Source: an uncultured Candidatus Saccharibacteria bacterium (lineage in GTDB: Bacteria; Patescibacteriota; Minisyncoccia; Phycocordibacterales; DATDWN01). From it: a DNA stretch of 50,484 nucleotides. Of the stretch, positions 23,531 through 35,219 are shown in pieces. The stretch lies in the NCBI GenBank assembly GCA_964576615.1, contig CAZNUU010000005.1, forward strand, positions 1-50,484. Reading direction: 5' to 3'. Position numbers and translations under genes: made by a program. Each line of letters starts with the position of its first letter. The stretch's first letter is position 1. The notes beneath the pieces were generated by a model. That model was not told the origin of the DNA. It searched no databases and saw only the letters and a list, made by a program, of their open reading frames with translations.

Positions 23531-24952
23531 TTAATTTTCATTTAAAAAAATTTTACCAACTCTCAGCAGTAAATTTTCGCCACCGTGAGGCGCCATGAAT
23601 TGAATCCCAAGGGGCAGATTTTTTCCTTCTATATTCATAAAACCAGAAGGAATCGAGATAGCTGGCACTCCCACAATATTTGGCGTAACTGTAAAAATAT
23701 CTGCCAGATATACAGAGAGTGGATCTGTTTTGCCTCCTATTTTCCAAGGTGGAATTGGGGAAGTTGGAGTCAAAATTAAATCCACCTGAGAAAATATCTC
23801 TTTAAAATCTTCTCTCATTGCCCCCCTAGCCATTTGAGCTTGGCCATAATAAGCATCATAGTACCCCGACGAAAGCACATACGTGCCGAGTAAAATTCTT
23901 CTTTTTGCTTCAGCACCAAACCCCTCACTACGAGTTAAAAGGTAATCTGACAAAAGATCCTTGCCAGAGACGCGCAACCCATATTTCATTCCATCATAAC
24001 GAGCTAAGTTAGATGAGACTTCCGCAAAATTTACAATGTAATAAAGTGGCAAACAATATTTTATATTTGGTAATTTAATTTCTTTTATTTCAAAGCCTAG
24101 CTTTTTGAGATTTTCGACTGATTTTTTAAAATTTTCTAAAACATCTTTGTCTGTCCCCTCTGTTTCAACCAGATCCCAAGGAATTCCAATTGTAACTTTA
24201 TCTTTTTTCTTGGTCTCGTATGTGTTCTCTTTTATGGTAGTGCTGTCCTCTGGATCGTTACCCTTTATTACATTGTAAATCGTCTCGACATCATTAACTG
24301 TTTTTCCCAAAACCCCAACCTGCTCTAAAGAAGAAGCGGCTGCAACAATTCCATACCTCGATACTCTCCCATAAGTCGGTTTCAACCCTACGACTCCGCA
24401 AAACGATGACGGCAAGCGGACAGATCCACCTGTATCAGTTCCCAAGGCAGAGAGGGCCAGATTGGCTGAAACAGCACAGGCTGAACCTCCTGAAGTCCCC
24501 CCTGGAACTCGGCTAGTATCATGAGGATTCTTGGTGGGCCCGAAAGCGGAGTTTTCAGTTGAACTTCCAAGGGCAAACTCATCCATGTTTGTTCTGCCTA
24601 ATATCACGGCTCCTTGAGTTATTAATTTTTCTGATACGGTTGAGTTATAAGGAGCAACGTAATTCTCCAAGATCTTTGAGCCAGCTGAGGCTTTTTTACC
24701 GTTGACTAATATATTATCTTTTATGGCCAGAGGAATTCCCAAAAGCGGAGTACTTTCTCCTTTTTTAATTCTTTCATCTGCTGCTTTAGCTTGTTCTAAA
24801 ACATCAGCATACACCTCGAGATATGCATTTAACTCTTTGTTTTTTTCTTTTATGGCATCGAGATAGGCTTGGGCTAGCTCGACTGCGCTAAATTCTTTCT
24901 TGTCTAAGGCGATTCTAGCTTTTTCAATTGTAAGATTCTTGAGATCTATCAT
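23531..24952 (-). CDS. gatA: Asp/Glu-tRNA amidotransferase subunit A
   Basis: IAIKDNI, GRTNMDEFALGSSTENS, GTDTGGSVR, RILLGTYVLSSGYYDAYY. Confidence 0.95.
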   Translation of the reverse strand: MIDLKNLTIEKARIALDKKEFSAVELAQAYLDAIKEKNKELNAYLEVYADVLEQAKAADERIKKGESTPLLGIPLAIKDNILVNGKKASAGSKILENYVAPYNSTVSEKLITQGAVILGRTNMDEFALGSSTENSAFGPTKNPHDTSRVPGGTSGGSACAVSANLALSALGTDTGGSVRLPSSFCGVVGLKPTYGRVSRYGIVAAASSLEQVGVLGKTVNDVETIYNVIKGNDPEDSTTIKENTYETKKKDKVTIGIPWDLVETEGTDKDVLENFKKSVENLKKLGFEIKEIKLPNIKYCLPLYYIVNFAEVSSNLARYDGMKYGLRVSGKDLLSDYLLTRSEGFGAEAKRRILLGTYVLSSGYYDAYYGQAQMARGAMREDFKEIFSQVDLILTPTSPIPPWKIGGKTDPLSVYLADIFTVTPNIVGVPAISIPSGFMNIEGKNLPLGIQFMAPHGGENLLLRVGKIFLNEN

Positions 24953-25233
24953 TCTAATATTTTTTTAACCTTAACAAAATCACCCTCTCTTTCGGGCGAA
25001 AGTTTCAGTAGATCCTCACTATATTCTCCAGGAGTGTGAGTTACCTCGTCCTCTCTTAAAATATTTCTAACGATGGGCAAACCACCGCCCTCTCCTTCTC
25101 CTGAAATTTCCTTTACCTGACCAACGTAACCTAATATAGACTCTATCTCGGATGTTAGACTCTCTGCTTCTTTCTCTGTTATTTGTATCCTGGCTAGTTT
25201 GGCCAGGTTCTGGACGTCATCTTTGGATATCAT
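24949..25233 (-). CDS. gatC: Asp/Glu-tRNA amidotransferase subunit C
   Basis: MIS.DDV..LAKLARI..NILRED...F.KVKKIL; overlaps gatA. Confidence 0.9.
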   Translation of the reverse strand: MISKDDVQNLAKLARIQITEKEAESLTSEIESILGYVGQVKEISGEGEGGGLPIVRNILREDEVTHTPGEYSEDLLKLSPEREGDFVKVKKILE

Positions 25234-25260
25234 TTTAGAATGGTAGCACTTTTCTCTATA

Positions 25261-27285
<2,025 letters not shown>

Positions 27286-27323
27286 TCAATTCTATAACAT
27301 CAATGCTTTTTTAAAAGATTCAG

Positions 27324-28841
27324 CTAGGGACTAGAAACATACTCCACAACCATAAAACCATTGCCTCCAACACCGCCGGTCCTACCATTACTTCCACTAC
27401 AATATGACCCACCCTGACCACCGCCACCGCCCCCACCAGAGATACCATTATAAGTAACAGCTCCACCACCACCTGCACCTCCGCCTGGAGCCGGATTACA
27501 ACCCGAGTTTCCACTTTGCCCACCCTTACCACCACCTGCATTTGATGGAACACCATTTCCACCAGTACTAGTTGGCCAAGCACCTGTACCCCCAGAGCCA
27601 CTGCCCCCATCACCACCATTACCCCCCTGATAATCTACTTCACACCACCACCCATTTCCATTGTCGTAACAAGATCCACCGGGAGGAGAAACTGGATTCC
27701 AATTTTCATCATAGGAATAACCAGCAGTATGAACATGCCCACCACCACCGCCCCCACCGCCACAACTGGAACCTGACCCGGTCCCTTCGCCACTTGCACC
27801 ATCACCTCCTGATGAACCCGTACCAACAGAAACTGTTCCGTGCGAACCACCACCACTATTGCCGCCACCGCCCCCACCGCCACCGCCACCGCCCCACTTA
27901 AGCCATGAAGAGCCGCCTGTAACCTTAGCTTCTGTTGCCCCACCGCTAGAACCACTACCAGCATTTCCCCCACTACCACCAGAACCAACTGTAAATTGAT
28001 ATGCATTGGCAGAAGTCAGAGTCAAGGATTGTGATACTGGGCTAGCTGCACTTACATTACAAGCACCACCGCCACCGCCACCTCCTGGGTTATCCCCCGG
28101 ATAAGCACCACCTGTACCGCCACCACCACCGCCACCGCCTGCTCCACGAAATTTTAGCGTTACTGCTGATGCCAAAGTAATATTATAAGTGCCGGTAGTC
28201 GTAAGGTTGATAAATTTATTTGTGGTTAAATTTTGGCAACCATTTGAACCATCTGTGTTTGCGCACCCCGATGCTGCACCACTCCACGCAATAAGCGGAG
28301 TAACAACATATGAGGCCTGGGAGTAGTAAGAACTTTGCGCATAGTAGCTTGGTTGTGAATATGTAGGCAAAGTGTCATATTTTAGAGTAATGCCTCGTTC
28401 GTATCTCTTTGCAAGAGCGGTATTACAAGTATCATAACCTTGGGATGAGACGCTAGTGGTTGCTGCGGATTTATCAACTGTCACAATAACACAACCATTT
28501 GGTAGATTTAAACTAAACTTACTTATAGATGCTCCGCCAATAACACTTGTCTGGGGTGTACCTGGAATAGGCAGTGTCTGGCTTCCGGTAGTAATAGTTT
28601 GACCATTGCATGTAATTTTTCCTGCTGTCGTAGCTGGATCGAAAGGACTTTGATTCCCGGTCAAATCCCAATAAACTGCACAATCCGTGCCACTGTCTGA
28701 GTTATAAAAAGAATACTGGGAAGATTTACCCACATTGTTTAAAGCAACTTGTTTCAGAGCAACATTGGCAACAACAAAACTAACAATAAGTAGAAGCGAA
28801 GTAAGAACGATTGCAATAAGTAAGGTAAAGCCCCTTTTCAT
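27324..28841 (-). CDS. PilX-like minor pilin with YSQxSY repeats and a long glycine-rich C-terminal domain
   Basis: MKRG|FTLLIAIV (no Glu5), AFYxADxG-like SFYNSDSGTDCAVYWD, 3x YxQxSY, then poly-Gly tracts. Confidence 0.8.
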   Translation of the reverse strand: MKRGFTLLIAIVLTSLLLIVSFVVANVALKQVALNNVGKSSQYSFYNSDSGTDCAVYWDLTGNQSPFDPATTAGKITCNGQTITTGSQTLPIPGTPQTSVIGGASISKFSLNLPNGCVIVTVDKSAATTSVSSQGYDTCNTALAKRYERGITLKYDTLPTYSQPSYYAQSSYYSQASYVVTPLIAWSGAASGCANTDGSNGCQNLTTNKFINLTTTGTYNITLASAVTLKFRGAGGGGGGGGTGGAYPGDNPGGGGGGGACNVSAASPVSQSLTLTSANAYQFTVGSGGSGGNAGSGSSGGATEAKVTGGSSWLKWGGGGGGGGGGGNSGGGSHGTVSVGTGSSGGDGASGEGTGSGSSCGGGGGGGGHVHTAGYSYDENWNPVSPPGGSCYDNGNGWWCEVDYQGGNGGDGGSGSGGTGAWPTSTGGNGVPSNAGGGKGGQSGNSGCNPAPGGGAGGGGAVTYNGISGGGGGGGQGGSYCSGSNGRTGGVGGNGFMVVEYVSSP

Positions 28842-29377
28842 GATGTACGATTAAAAATTAACTCAGAAACCTGGAAAGTTTTAGACACACCGTGATTTGT
28901 CCAGCTTACTGTAACTGTAACAATAATCTCATTTGTTGACAGAGTTGTATACTGCACACTTCTTGTAAAATTCGTCGCTGTCCAGCCCGCATTGTAACCA
29001 TACAGATAACTTGCTGGGTTTTGCCTCAAGACTGGACATGTCCCACTACATAGAGTCACGGCCTGAGCACCAGAATCAATGGTACATGTACTAGGTGAGG
29101 CGCAATTACTTAGGCCGTTAAGCCAGGTGGTAACTCCATCAACTGTATTATGAAGTGCATTTTCATCTCTCTTGTTTTTAATATATTCCACTGCTTCTTG
29201 GGCCAAGTAAAAAGCAGTGATTTGGTCTTTAGCAATGTTTGATGTCTTAAGACTCGATTGAATTGCAGTAAAGGTAGCAGTAATGGCTAGACTTAAAATA
29301 CCTATTGCCACCAGTGTCTCAACTAACGTAAAACCTTTTTTGTTATTATTTTCTTCTTTCATATTATTGTGAATCAA
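28838..29377 (-). CDS. Minor type IV pilin (PilV-like)
   Basis: KKG|FTLVE class III signal, A.YLAQEAVE motif. Confidence 0.85.
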   Translation of the reverse strand: MIHNNMKEENNNKKGFTLVETLVAIGILSLAITATFTAIQSSLKTSNIAKDQITAFYLAQEAVEYIKNKRDENALHNTVDGVTTWLNGLSNCASPSTCTIDSGAQAVTLCSGTCPVLRQNPASYLYGYNAGWTATNFTRSVQYTTLSTNEIIVTVTVSWTNHGVSKTFQVSELIFNRTS

Positions 29378-29939
29378 AAAGCCTTTGAGAAACGGTTGTC
29401 TCTAGACTAAAACTTGATGACCTGGCTATTTCCCTTTGATTGTTCTGGGAACCAACAAACCCCCTTACCACAACCACTGCTTTTGGTTGGGATAAATCGG
29501 AACCGTTGTTATATAAAGCCGAACCCGTAACATAAAAAGTAAGTATCGTAATGCTTGTATCAGTTGATGTCACAGCATAATCTGTGCCCCCATTAATGGA
29601 CCTGAAGATTTGAGTCCCGACCAATTTATATACGATTAACCGTCCCGTAGAATCCGTTACCGCAATTGAAGTTGCGCCCCCAGAACAATCCTGGGGAGAA
29701 GTTAGGGTTCCAGTTGTTATGTCACAATGATAAATTGTTCCAAAGCGAATTGCTCTAGTCATTGCCTCTACAGCTTGATTTAAATTATCCATGACAACTT
29801 GTTCCGTCTTCGACTTTTTATTTGCGTCAAAAATACTTAAAATGGACCCCATCGCAATCGTCATAACAATGGTGAAAATAGCAATAGCAACTATAAGCTC
29901 AACCAAGCTGTATCCTTTCTTGTAAGATTTAGCTTTCAT
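29364..29939 (-). CDS. Minor type IV pilin (PilW-like)
   Basis: KKG|YSLVE class III signal. Confidence 0.85.
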   Translation of the reverse strand: MKAKSYKKGYSLVELIVAIAIFTIVMTIAMGSILSIFDANKKSKTEQVVMDNLNQAVEAMTRAIRFGTIYHCDITTGTLTSPQDCSGGATSIAVTDSTGRLIVYKLVGTQIFRSINGGTDYAVTSTDTSITILTFYVTGSALYNNGSDLSQPKAVVVVRGFVGSQNNQREIARSSSFSLETTVSQRLFDSQ

Positions 29940-29940
29940 A

Positions 29941-30540
29941 CTATTGGGCTAGAATTTGACCAGTAATGTTTACTATTACCCATTGGGCTTTGCCCTTGGG
30001 AGACGTGAGTAGCACCTTCCCTGTGTCATATGGCCCATAGACTGTACTTGGGCTAGAGAAATAAATTAGGGCATCTGTACTTGGCCTAAGAAAAGTAATA
30101 TGAAGTGCGGTTGCCCCAGATGCAGCGGATGGTGGACAAGCCAAACTATCACAAATTGAAGTCATGGTAATACCGTTTCTTAGGGTAAAAGAGTCAATGC
30201 ACTCACTATTACTATTACCACAACCAGATCCAGCATCGTATTTGTGGTTTGCGTTTTTATCAGAGAAAACAATGTAAGTTGAAGGACTGCCTAGATCAAA
30301 ATAAATTCCGTATGCATAATTAAAATCCGCCGTGCCGGAGGTAGTTTGCTTTGCAGAAGTACCATAAATCTGAGCCTCTCTTATTGCAGCGAAAATTTCT
30401 TGACTCGATGCATTTAGGGCTAACTTGTCACTAAATTTCCCATAACTAAAAACTACCACACTTAGAATCATCGAAATTATTCCAACCACAACAATCATTT
30501 CTGCAAGAGTATAACCATTTTTTTTAAAATCCTCCTTCAT
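29941..30540 (-). CDS. Minor type IV pilin (FimT/GspH-like)
   Basis: KNG|YTLAE class III signal, IREAQ motif. Confidence 0.85.
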   Translation of the reverse strand: MKEDFKKNGYTLAEMIVVVGIISMILSVVVFSYGKFSDKLALNASSQEIFAAIREAQIYGTSAKQTTSGTADFNYAYGIYFDLGSPSTYIVFSDKNANHKYDAGSGCGNSNSECIDSFTLRNGITMTSICDSLACPPSAASGATALHITFLRPSTDALIYFSSPSTVYGPYDTGKVLLTSPKGKAQWVIVNITGQILAQ

Positions 30541-31388
30541 TAAAGTAGACTGATAAAATTATTTAGACCCAAAATATCGTAGTGACTAAAGAAAACTGCT
30601 GCGGTCGCCAGTATTAGAAACGGTGCAAATGGCACTTCCGAATGAAGATGAACTTTTTTTCCTTTGGCTTTTGTTATATGGCTGTAAAGGATAATTAAAA
30701 TACTCCATATCGCCCCAAGCCAAAACCCCAAGACTACTGCACCAATTCCGTAAACAAAACCTAAAAGTGCACCGATGCCCAGGACTAATTTTGCATCACC
30801 AAAACCCATCCACTTGCCTCCTGAAAAAAGCCAAAGTGCTCCAAAAGCCAAAAAAAGTAGAATGGGTGCAGATATGTCAAGAAAATCCTGACTATCCAAG
30901 GAAGATCCCTTCATATAAAAAAACAAAAAAAGTTTAGCTACACTTAAAAAGATAAATGTGTAAACAAAAGCATCAGGTATTATCTTATGTCTCATATCGT
31001 AGACAACTATAACCAGAAGTAAAATCGAAATAAGAACATAATAGAGAAAGAAAAGAGAGGAATATAGAATTCCGTAGTTAAAACCGCTAAAAATAGGCCA
31101 CAAGTAAAGTTCTCTCATAAAAATAGCTACAAAAATTAATCCGGTGATTAACTCTATTGTTGGATACTGAAGTGAAATAGCACTTTTACAGTTACTGCAT
31201 TTCCCGCGTAGAGCCAGGAAACTAAAAATTGGTACCATCTCATACCACTCTAGTTTTTTACTACACGAGAAACACTTAGACCGACCTGAAACTATCGAAA
31301 GACCTGTATTATAACGTAGGGAGATAACGTTTATGAGACTGCCTACCATTGTCCCCAAAATAAATATAAATATAACAGCAAACTCCAT
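30540..31388 (-). CDS. pilD: Prepilin peptidase
   Basis: [46 protein letters not shown]. Confidence 0.93.
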   Translation of the reverse strand: MEFAVIFIFILGTMVGSLINVISLRYNTGLSIVSGRSKCFSCSKKLEWYEMVPIFSFLALRGKCSNCKSAISLQYPTIELITGLIFVAIFMRELYLWPIFSGFNYGILYSSLFFLYYVLISILLLVIVVYDMRHKIIPDAFVYTFIFLSVAKLFLFFYMKGSSLDSQDFLDISAPILLFLAFGALWLFSGGKWMGFGDAKLVLGIGALLGFVYGIGAVVLGFWLGAIWSILIILYSHITKAKGKKVHLHSEVPFAPFLILATAAVFFSHYDILGLNNFISLL

Positions 31389-31448
31389 ATATTAATTATA
31401 CATGGAAAAAATCAGAGGAAATAGAGCCTTATTAACTACTTACAACTA

Positions 31449-31874
31449 CTATGGACAAGATGGTTGACCGGTTGGATCATTATCTTCGACCCTAGAAATA
31501 CCTGTTTGATCTACACAAAAATAATCTATGCCTGAGCCAGAATTCAGTACATTCTGGTTATTGAACTGTGCACTAGCCCTCCAGGTATTTGCAGCGTTTG
31601 AGCACGTCGCCGGCACAGGTGAATTGGAAGAGGCCCTGCTTAAAATATCTGTCACATTACCGTCACTACAGACACCTGAGTAGCTGGGTGATAGAGCAGT
31701 CTCGTAGATTAGCTGGGCTCTGGTTCTTATGTTATCCAGGTTAGCTCTTATTCCTGCATCAGCTCCTTTTTTCCTCGCCCCATTTAAAACCCCCAAGATA
31801 ACTGTAGATAGAACTCCAACAACGAAGATTACAACGAGTAATTCAATGAGAGTAAACCCACGTGTTTTCAACAT
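31449..31874 (-). CDS. Type IV pilin
   Basis: RG|FTLIELLVVI and a C-terminal Cys pair. Confidence 0.88.
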   Translation of the reverse strand: MLKTRGFTLIELLVVIFVVGVLSTVILGVLNGARKKGADAGIRANLDNIRTRAQLIYETALSPSYSGVCSDGNVTDILSRASSNSPVPATCSNAANTWRASAQFNNQNVLNSGSGIDYFCVDQTGISRVEDNDPTGQPSCP

Positions 31875-31915
31875 GATTAAATAATAATACTTCCATAAAA
31901 AAACAAAAGGGAAAA

Positions 31916-31944
31916 CTAAAAACCGGCGTGAGGCCGGTTTTTAG
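31916..31944. terminator. Terminator after major pilin
   Basis: CTAAAAACCGG/CCGGTTTTTAG stem. Confidence 0.7.
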
Positions 31945-31966
31945 AATTCTTTCAAGTAGAGTCAGA

Positions 31967-32419
31967 CTACGGACAAGATGTAGCGTTTGCTCCAGTTAGA
32001 GTGTTGGTTGGTTTTGCTGTACCAGAGTTGTCCACGCACCAGTATGCGTTTCCACTCTCAGCAACCTTTAGCGATGCTTCTACTGCCCACGATCCCGCAG
32101 CATTGTAACAAGTTGCGTTTCCAGCTGTGTTAGCGGCGTTGGTTGCATTAGCTGCTCCTCCAGCGGCTAGAGCTGCAGCGTAGACTGCCTTACCTACGTT
32201 TGTGTCAGAACATACTACAGAGTAGTTGTTTCCGTTTGTATCGTAAGAAAGTTCAGCTTGAGCACGAATGTTGTTAAGGTTTGCCTTAACAGCTGCGTTA
32301 GCTCCTTTGGCTCTAGCTGTGTTAAGTGAGGCCAAAACCACAGATGATAGGATCCCGATGATTGCAATAACCACCAAAAGCTCAATAAGAGTGAAACCTC
32401 GTGATAATCTTTTTGACAT
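31967..32419 (-). CDS. pilA: Probable major type IV pilin
   Basis: RG|FTLIELLVVIAIIGILSSVVLASL, optimal-looking codon use, own terminator. Confidence 0.85.
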   Translation of the reverse strand: MSKRLSRGFTLIELLVVIAIIGILSSVVLASLNTARAKGANAAVKANLNNIRAQAELSYDTNGNNYSVVCSDTNVGKAVYAAALAAGGAANATNAANTAGNATCYNAAGSWAVEASLKVAESGNAYWCVDNSGTAKPTNTLTGANATSCP

Positions 32420-32552
32420 ATTTATTAAACTTCTTATTTATAATGTCCCGACCATCTTTTGGGCGAGAGTCCGTTCTTTTAAACGAGTAATAGTATTATA
32501 CGGCTCTAAAGGCACCTTTAAAAGAGCGCCTGTGGATAGTAGAAAAGAAGTG

Positions 32553-33758
32553 CTAAGAAGCAGATGCAATGTTATATATCGGCAACAGAACTGCAGCAAG
32601 AAGTACGCCGACTCCTACCCCAAGAGCAACTATCATAACTGGCTCAATTAAGCCAACCAATGTATCAACTGCTGTATTAACCTCCCTATCGTAGAATTTA
32701 GATAAGGACTTAAGAATACTACCCAACTCTCCTGTTTCCTCTCCCACTTTGACCATTTGGGTAAGTAAATTCGGAATTTCTGGATGTTGACCTAACGCCT
32801 CAGAAAGAGAGACCCCCTCTTTTACTTTTATGAAAGTAGTTTGTAATACACTCTTATATATATCATTGTCGACAACCGCAGCAGTGATTTCCAAGGCTCG
32901 CAAAATAGGTATTCCACTAATAATCATCGTGTTTAAATTGTCGGAAATTCTAGAGAGATAGAGTTTTGTATATAAATCCCCTAGGTAAGGAATCTCTAAT
33001 TTTAATCTATCAAAGTAAGCGTGCCCGGCTTCAGTTTTAAAGTAACGATAAAGAAAGAAGCAGCCGATGATTGCCAAAATAGCAATGAAAATTCCATAGC
33101 TTACAAAAAAATTACTGACCGCAATAACAATTGCAGTATAGAAAGGTACAGGCTGACCAGAATCAGTAATCATCACAGCGATTTTTGGGATAATAACTGT
33201 AAGCATGAGGATCATAACAACAAAAAAGGTGGCAACGACAAAGGCCGGATAAATGAGCGCGTTCTTGGCTTTAGTTGTAACTTCGTAAGTACGATCTAGA
33301 TAATCAGCTAGATAATTAAAGACTTCATCAAGCTTGCCGGATTCCTCTCCAGATTTGACCATGTTTACATAAAACCCAGTGAAAACATCAGGATACTTCG
33401 CCATAGCCGCAGAAATCGAACTACCGCCCTGGATATCATCCGCAATTATTGAAATATATTTCTTGAAGATTTGATTTTCAGTCTGAATAGCAAGGAGTCT
33501 AAAGGCGCGCAGGGCAGAGACTTGAGCCTGAAATAATGTTGCAACCTGTCTGGAAAAAATAACGACATCCTTACTTTTTACTCTGTTTAGAAAACTGAGT
33601 AGTGGTATTTTTATTTTTGCCTCGTCCGGTGTCTTAATGTCAGAAATAATCAGGCCATTTTTTTGGAGTTGATTTATAGCCAAATCAACATTAAAGGCCT
33701 CGATAGTTCCTTCTGTGGGTTCCCCTTTTTGAGTTAATGCTTTGTATTTAAATAACAT
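32553..33758 (-). CDS. pilC: Type IV pilus platform protein PilC (GspF family)
   Basis: Two GspF repeats (SGEESGKLDEV, VGEETGELG..L) and LIEP.M. Confidence 0.92.
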   Translation of the reverse strand: MLFKYKALTQKGEPTEGTIEAFNVDLAINQLQKNGLIISDIKTPDEAKIKIPLLSFLNRVKSKDVVIFSRQVATLFQAQVSALRAFRLLAIQTENQIFKKYISIIADDIQGGSSISAAMAKYPDVFTGFYVNMVKSGEESGKLDEVFNYLADYLDRTYEVTTKAKNALIYPAFVVATFFVVMILMLTVIIPKIAVMITDSGQPVPFYTAIVIAVSNFFVSYGIFIAILAIIGCFFLYRYFKTEAGHAYFDRLKLEIPYLGDLYTKLYLSRISDNLNTMIISGIPILRALEITAAVVDNDIYKSVLQTTFIKVKEGVSLSEALGQHPEIPNLLTQMVKVGEETGELGSILKSLSKFYDREVNTAVDTLVGLIEPVMIVALGVGVGVLLAAVLLPIYNIASAS

Positions 33759-33762
33759 ATTT

Positions 33763-34830
33763 TTATAACATTCTATCTAAGCCTTTAATATTTTGAGAAT
33801 GACTATAAGCATGTTCGATCGTTATCTCCCCCGCCTTAACCAACTCACTTAAGTATCTGTTAAGGTCAATCATACCTTCACCAGAACTTGTTTCTATAAT
33901 TGAGTTGATTTCATGAACTCTATTTTCACGAACAAGGTTTGCCACTGCGTTGTTGTTTATGAGAAGTTCACAGGCAGGGATTAAACCACCTGATATTCTC
34001 GGCAAAAGACGCTGTGAAAAAATCCCGAGTAGCGAGGAAGCTAATTGGAGCCTGATTTGAGTTTGCTGGGAACTTTCAAAGGAGTCAATGATTCTTTCAA
34101 CTGTTTGGGCAGCATTATTGGTGTGCATGGTGGAGAATACTAGGTGACCTGTTTCTGCAGCTGTGACTGCCGTTGAAATATCCTCTGATGTTCTCATCTC
34201 ACCAATCATTAAAACATTCACATCTTGTCTAAATGTCCCCTGAAGGGCAGTGTGGAAATCTGGAGTATCTTGCAGGACTTCTCTTTGATCAATAATTGAT
34301 TTTTTGGAATCAAAAATATATTCGATTGGATCCTCGATAGTGATAATGTGCTCGGCTCTTGCCGCATTTATCATCTCAACCATGGTTGCTAGAGTAGTAC
34401 TTTTACCTTGACCAGTTGGGCCAACCACCAAGAAAAATCCTTGTTCTTTTCTGGTAAATGTCTCAAGTACCGATGGTAGATTTAATTCCTTGAACGTTTT
34501 TATTTCCTTAGGAATGAGACGCAGAGCTATACCTATTTTACCAATTTGGAAGAAAGCATTACATCGAAACCTAGTCCCCTTATCGTCATAATATGCGAAA
34601 TCAACTTCTTGTTTACTTAGAAATATTTCTTTCTTTTGGGGATCCAGAAGTTCGTCGATGATTCCTTTTAGATCCTGTCTTGATAATTCTGAATACTTAG
34701 CAAGTGGAATAAGGATCCCCGCGACCCTGATAACTGGTTGACGGCCTTCCCCAATATGAAGGTCGGAGGCATTTTCCTTGACTACGATAGAGACCAACTC
34801 CTCAAACATTTTTTTATAATCTCCGGCCAT
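33763..34830 (-). CDS. pilT: Retraction ATPase PilT
   Basis: ASDLHI, GPTGQGKSTT, TIEDPIE, RQD..V..IGEMR, AAETGHLV.STMHT. Confidence 0.92.
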   Translation of the reverse strand: MAGDYKKMFEELVSIVVKENASDLHIGEGRQPVIRVAGILIPLAKYSELSRQDLKGIIDELLDPQKKEIFLSKQEVDFAYYDDKGTRFRCNAFFQIGKIGIALRLIPKEIKTFKELNLPSVLETFTRKEQGFFLVVGPTGQGKSTTLATMVEMINAARAEHIITIEDPIEYIFDSKKSIIDQREVLQDTPDFHTALQGTFRQDVNVLMIGEMRTSEDISTAVTAAETGHLVFSTMHTNNAAQTVERIIDSFESSQQTQIRLQLASSLLGIFSQRLLPRISGGLIPACELLINNNAVANLVRENRVHEINSIIETSSGEGMIDLNRYLSELVKAGEITIEHAYSHSQNIKGLDRML

Positions 34831-34831
34831 T

Positions 34832-35212
34832 TTATTTTTGTTCTTTGTAAATTGCTAATACTTGGCTAACTACTTCCGAAGGAATAGTCGTAGCTTTTAT
34901 TATATATCCCTGAATGTTAAAAGCTTTGGCTTTTTCATAATCATCTGCTTGATTAGTGAGCATGATAATAGTAGCGTTTGGAACTAACTTTTCATCACGA
35001 ATAGTTTTTAACAGCTCCAGCCCGTCCATCCCCGGCATAATTATATCAAGAAGAACTATATCGAAGGCATTGTCAGCTCTTAGTTTCTCCAGAGCAGCAT
35101 TGGAATTGGACGCAATATCAACATTGAGGCCAGATTTTTTGAATTTCAAAGAATACATATCCAGGAGAAATCGGTCATCATCGATAAGTAGAATTTTCAG
35201 TTCTTTCGGCAT
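34832..35212 (-). CDS. Single-domain response regulator receiver
   Basis: ILLIDDD, VLLDIIMPGMDG, IIMLTN, YIIK. Confidence 0.9.
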   Translation of the reverse strand: MPKELKILLIDDDRFLLDMYSLKFKKSGLNVDIASNSNAALEKLRADNAFDIVLLDIIMPGMDGLELLKTIRDEKLVPNATIIMLTNQADDYEKAKAFNIQGYIIKATTIPSEVVSQVLAIYKEQK

Positions 35213-35219
35213 AGCAAAA

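Noticed and set aside
27320-28006. Val-rich and His-rich alternative-frame ORFs
   Set aside because: Shadows of the poly-Gly codons in the pilin gene.
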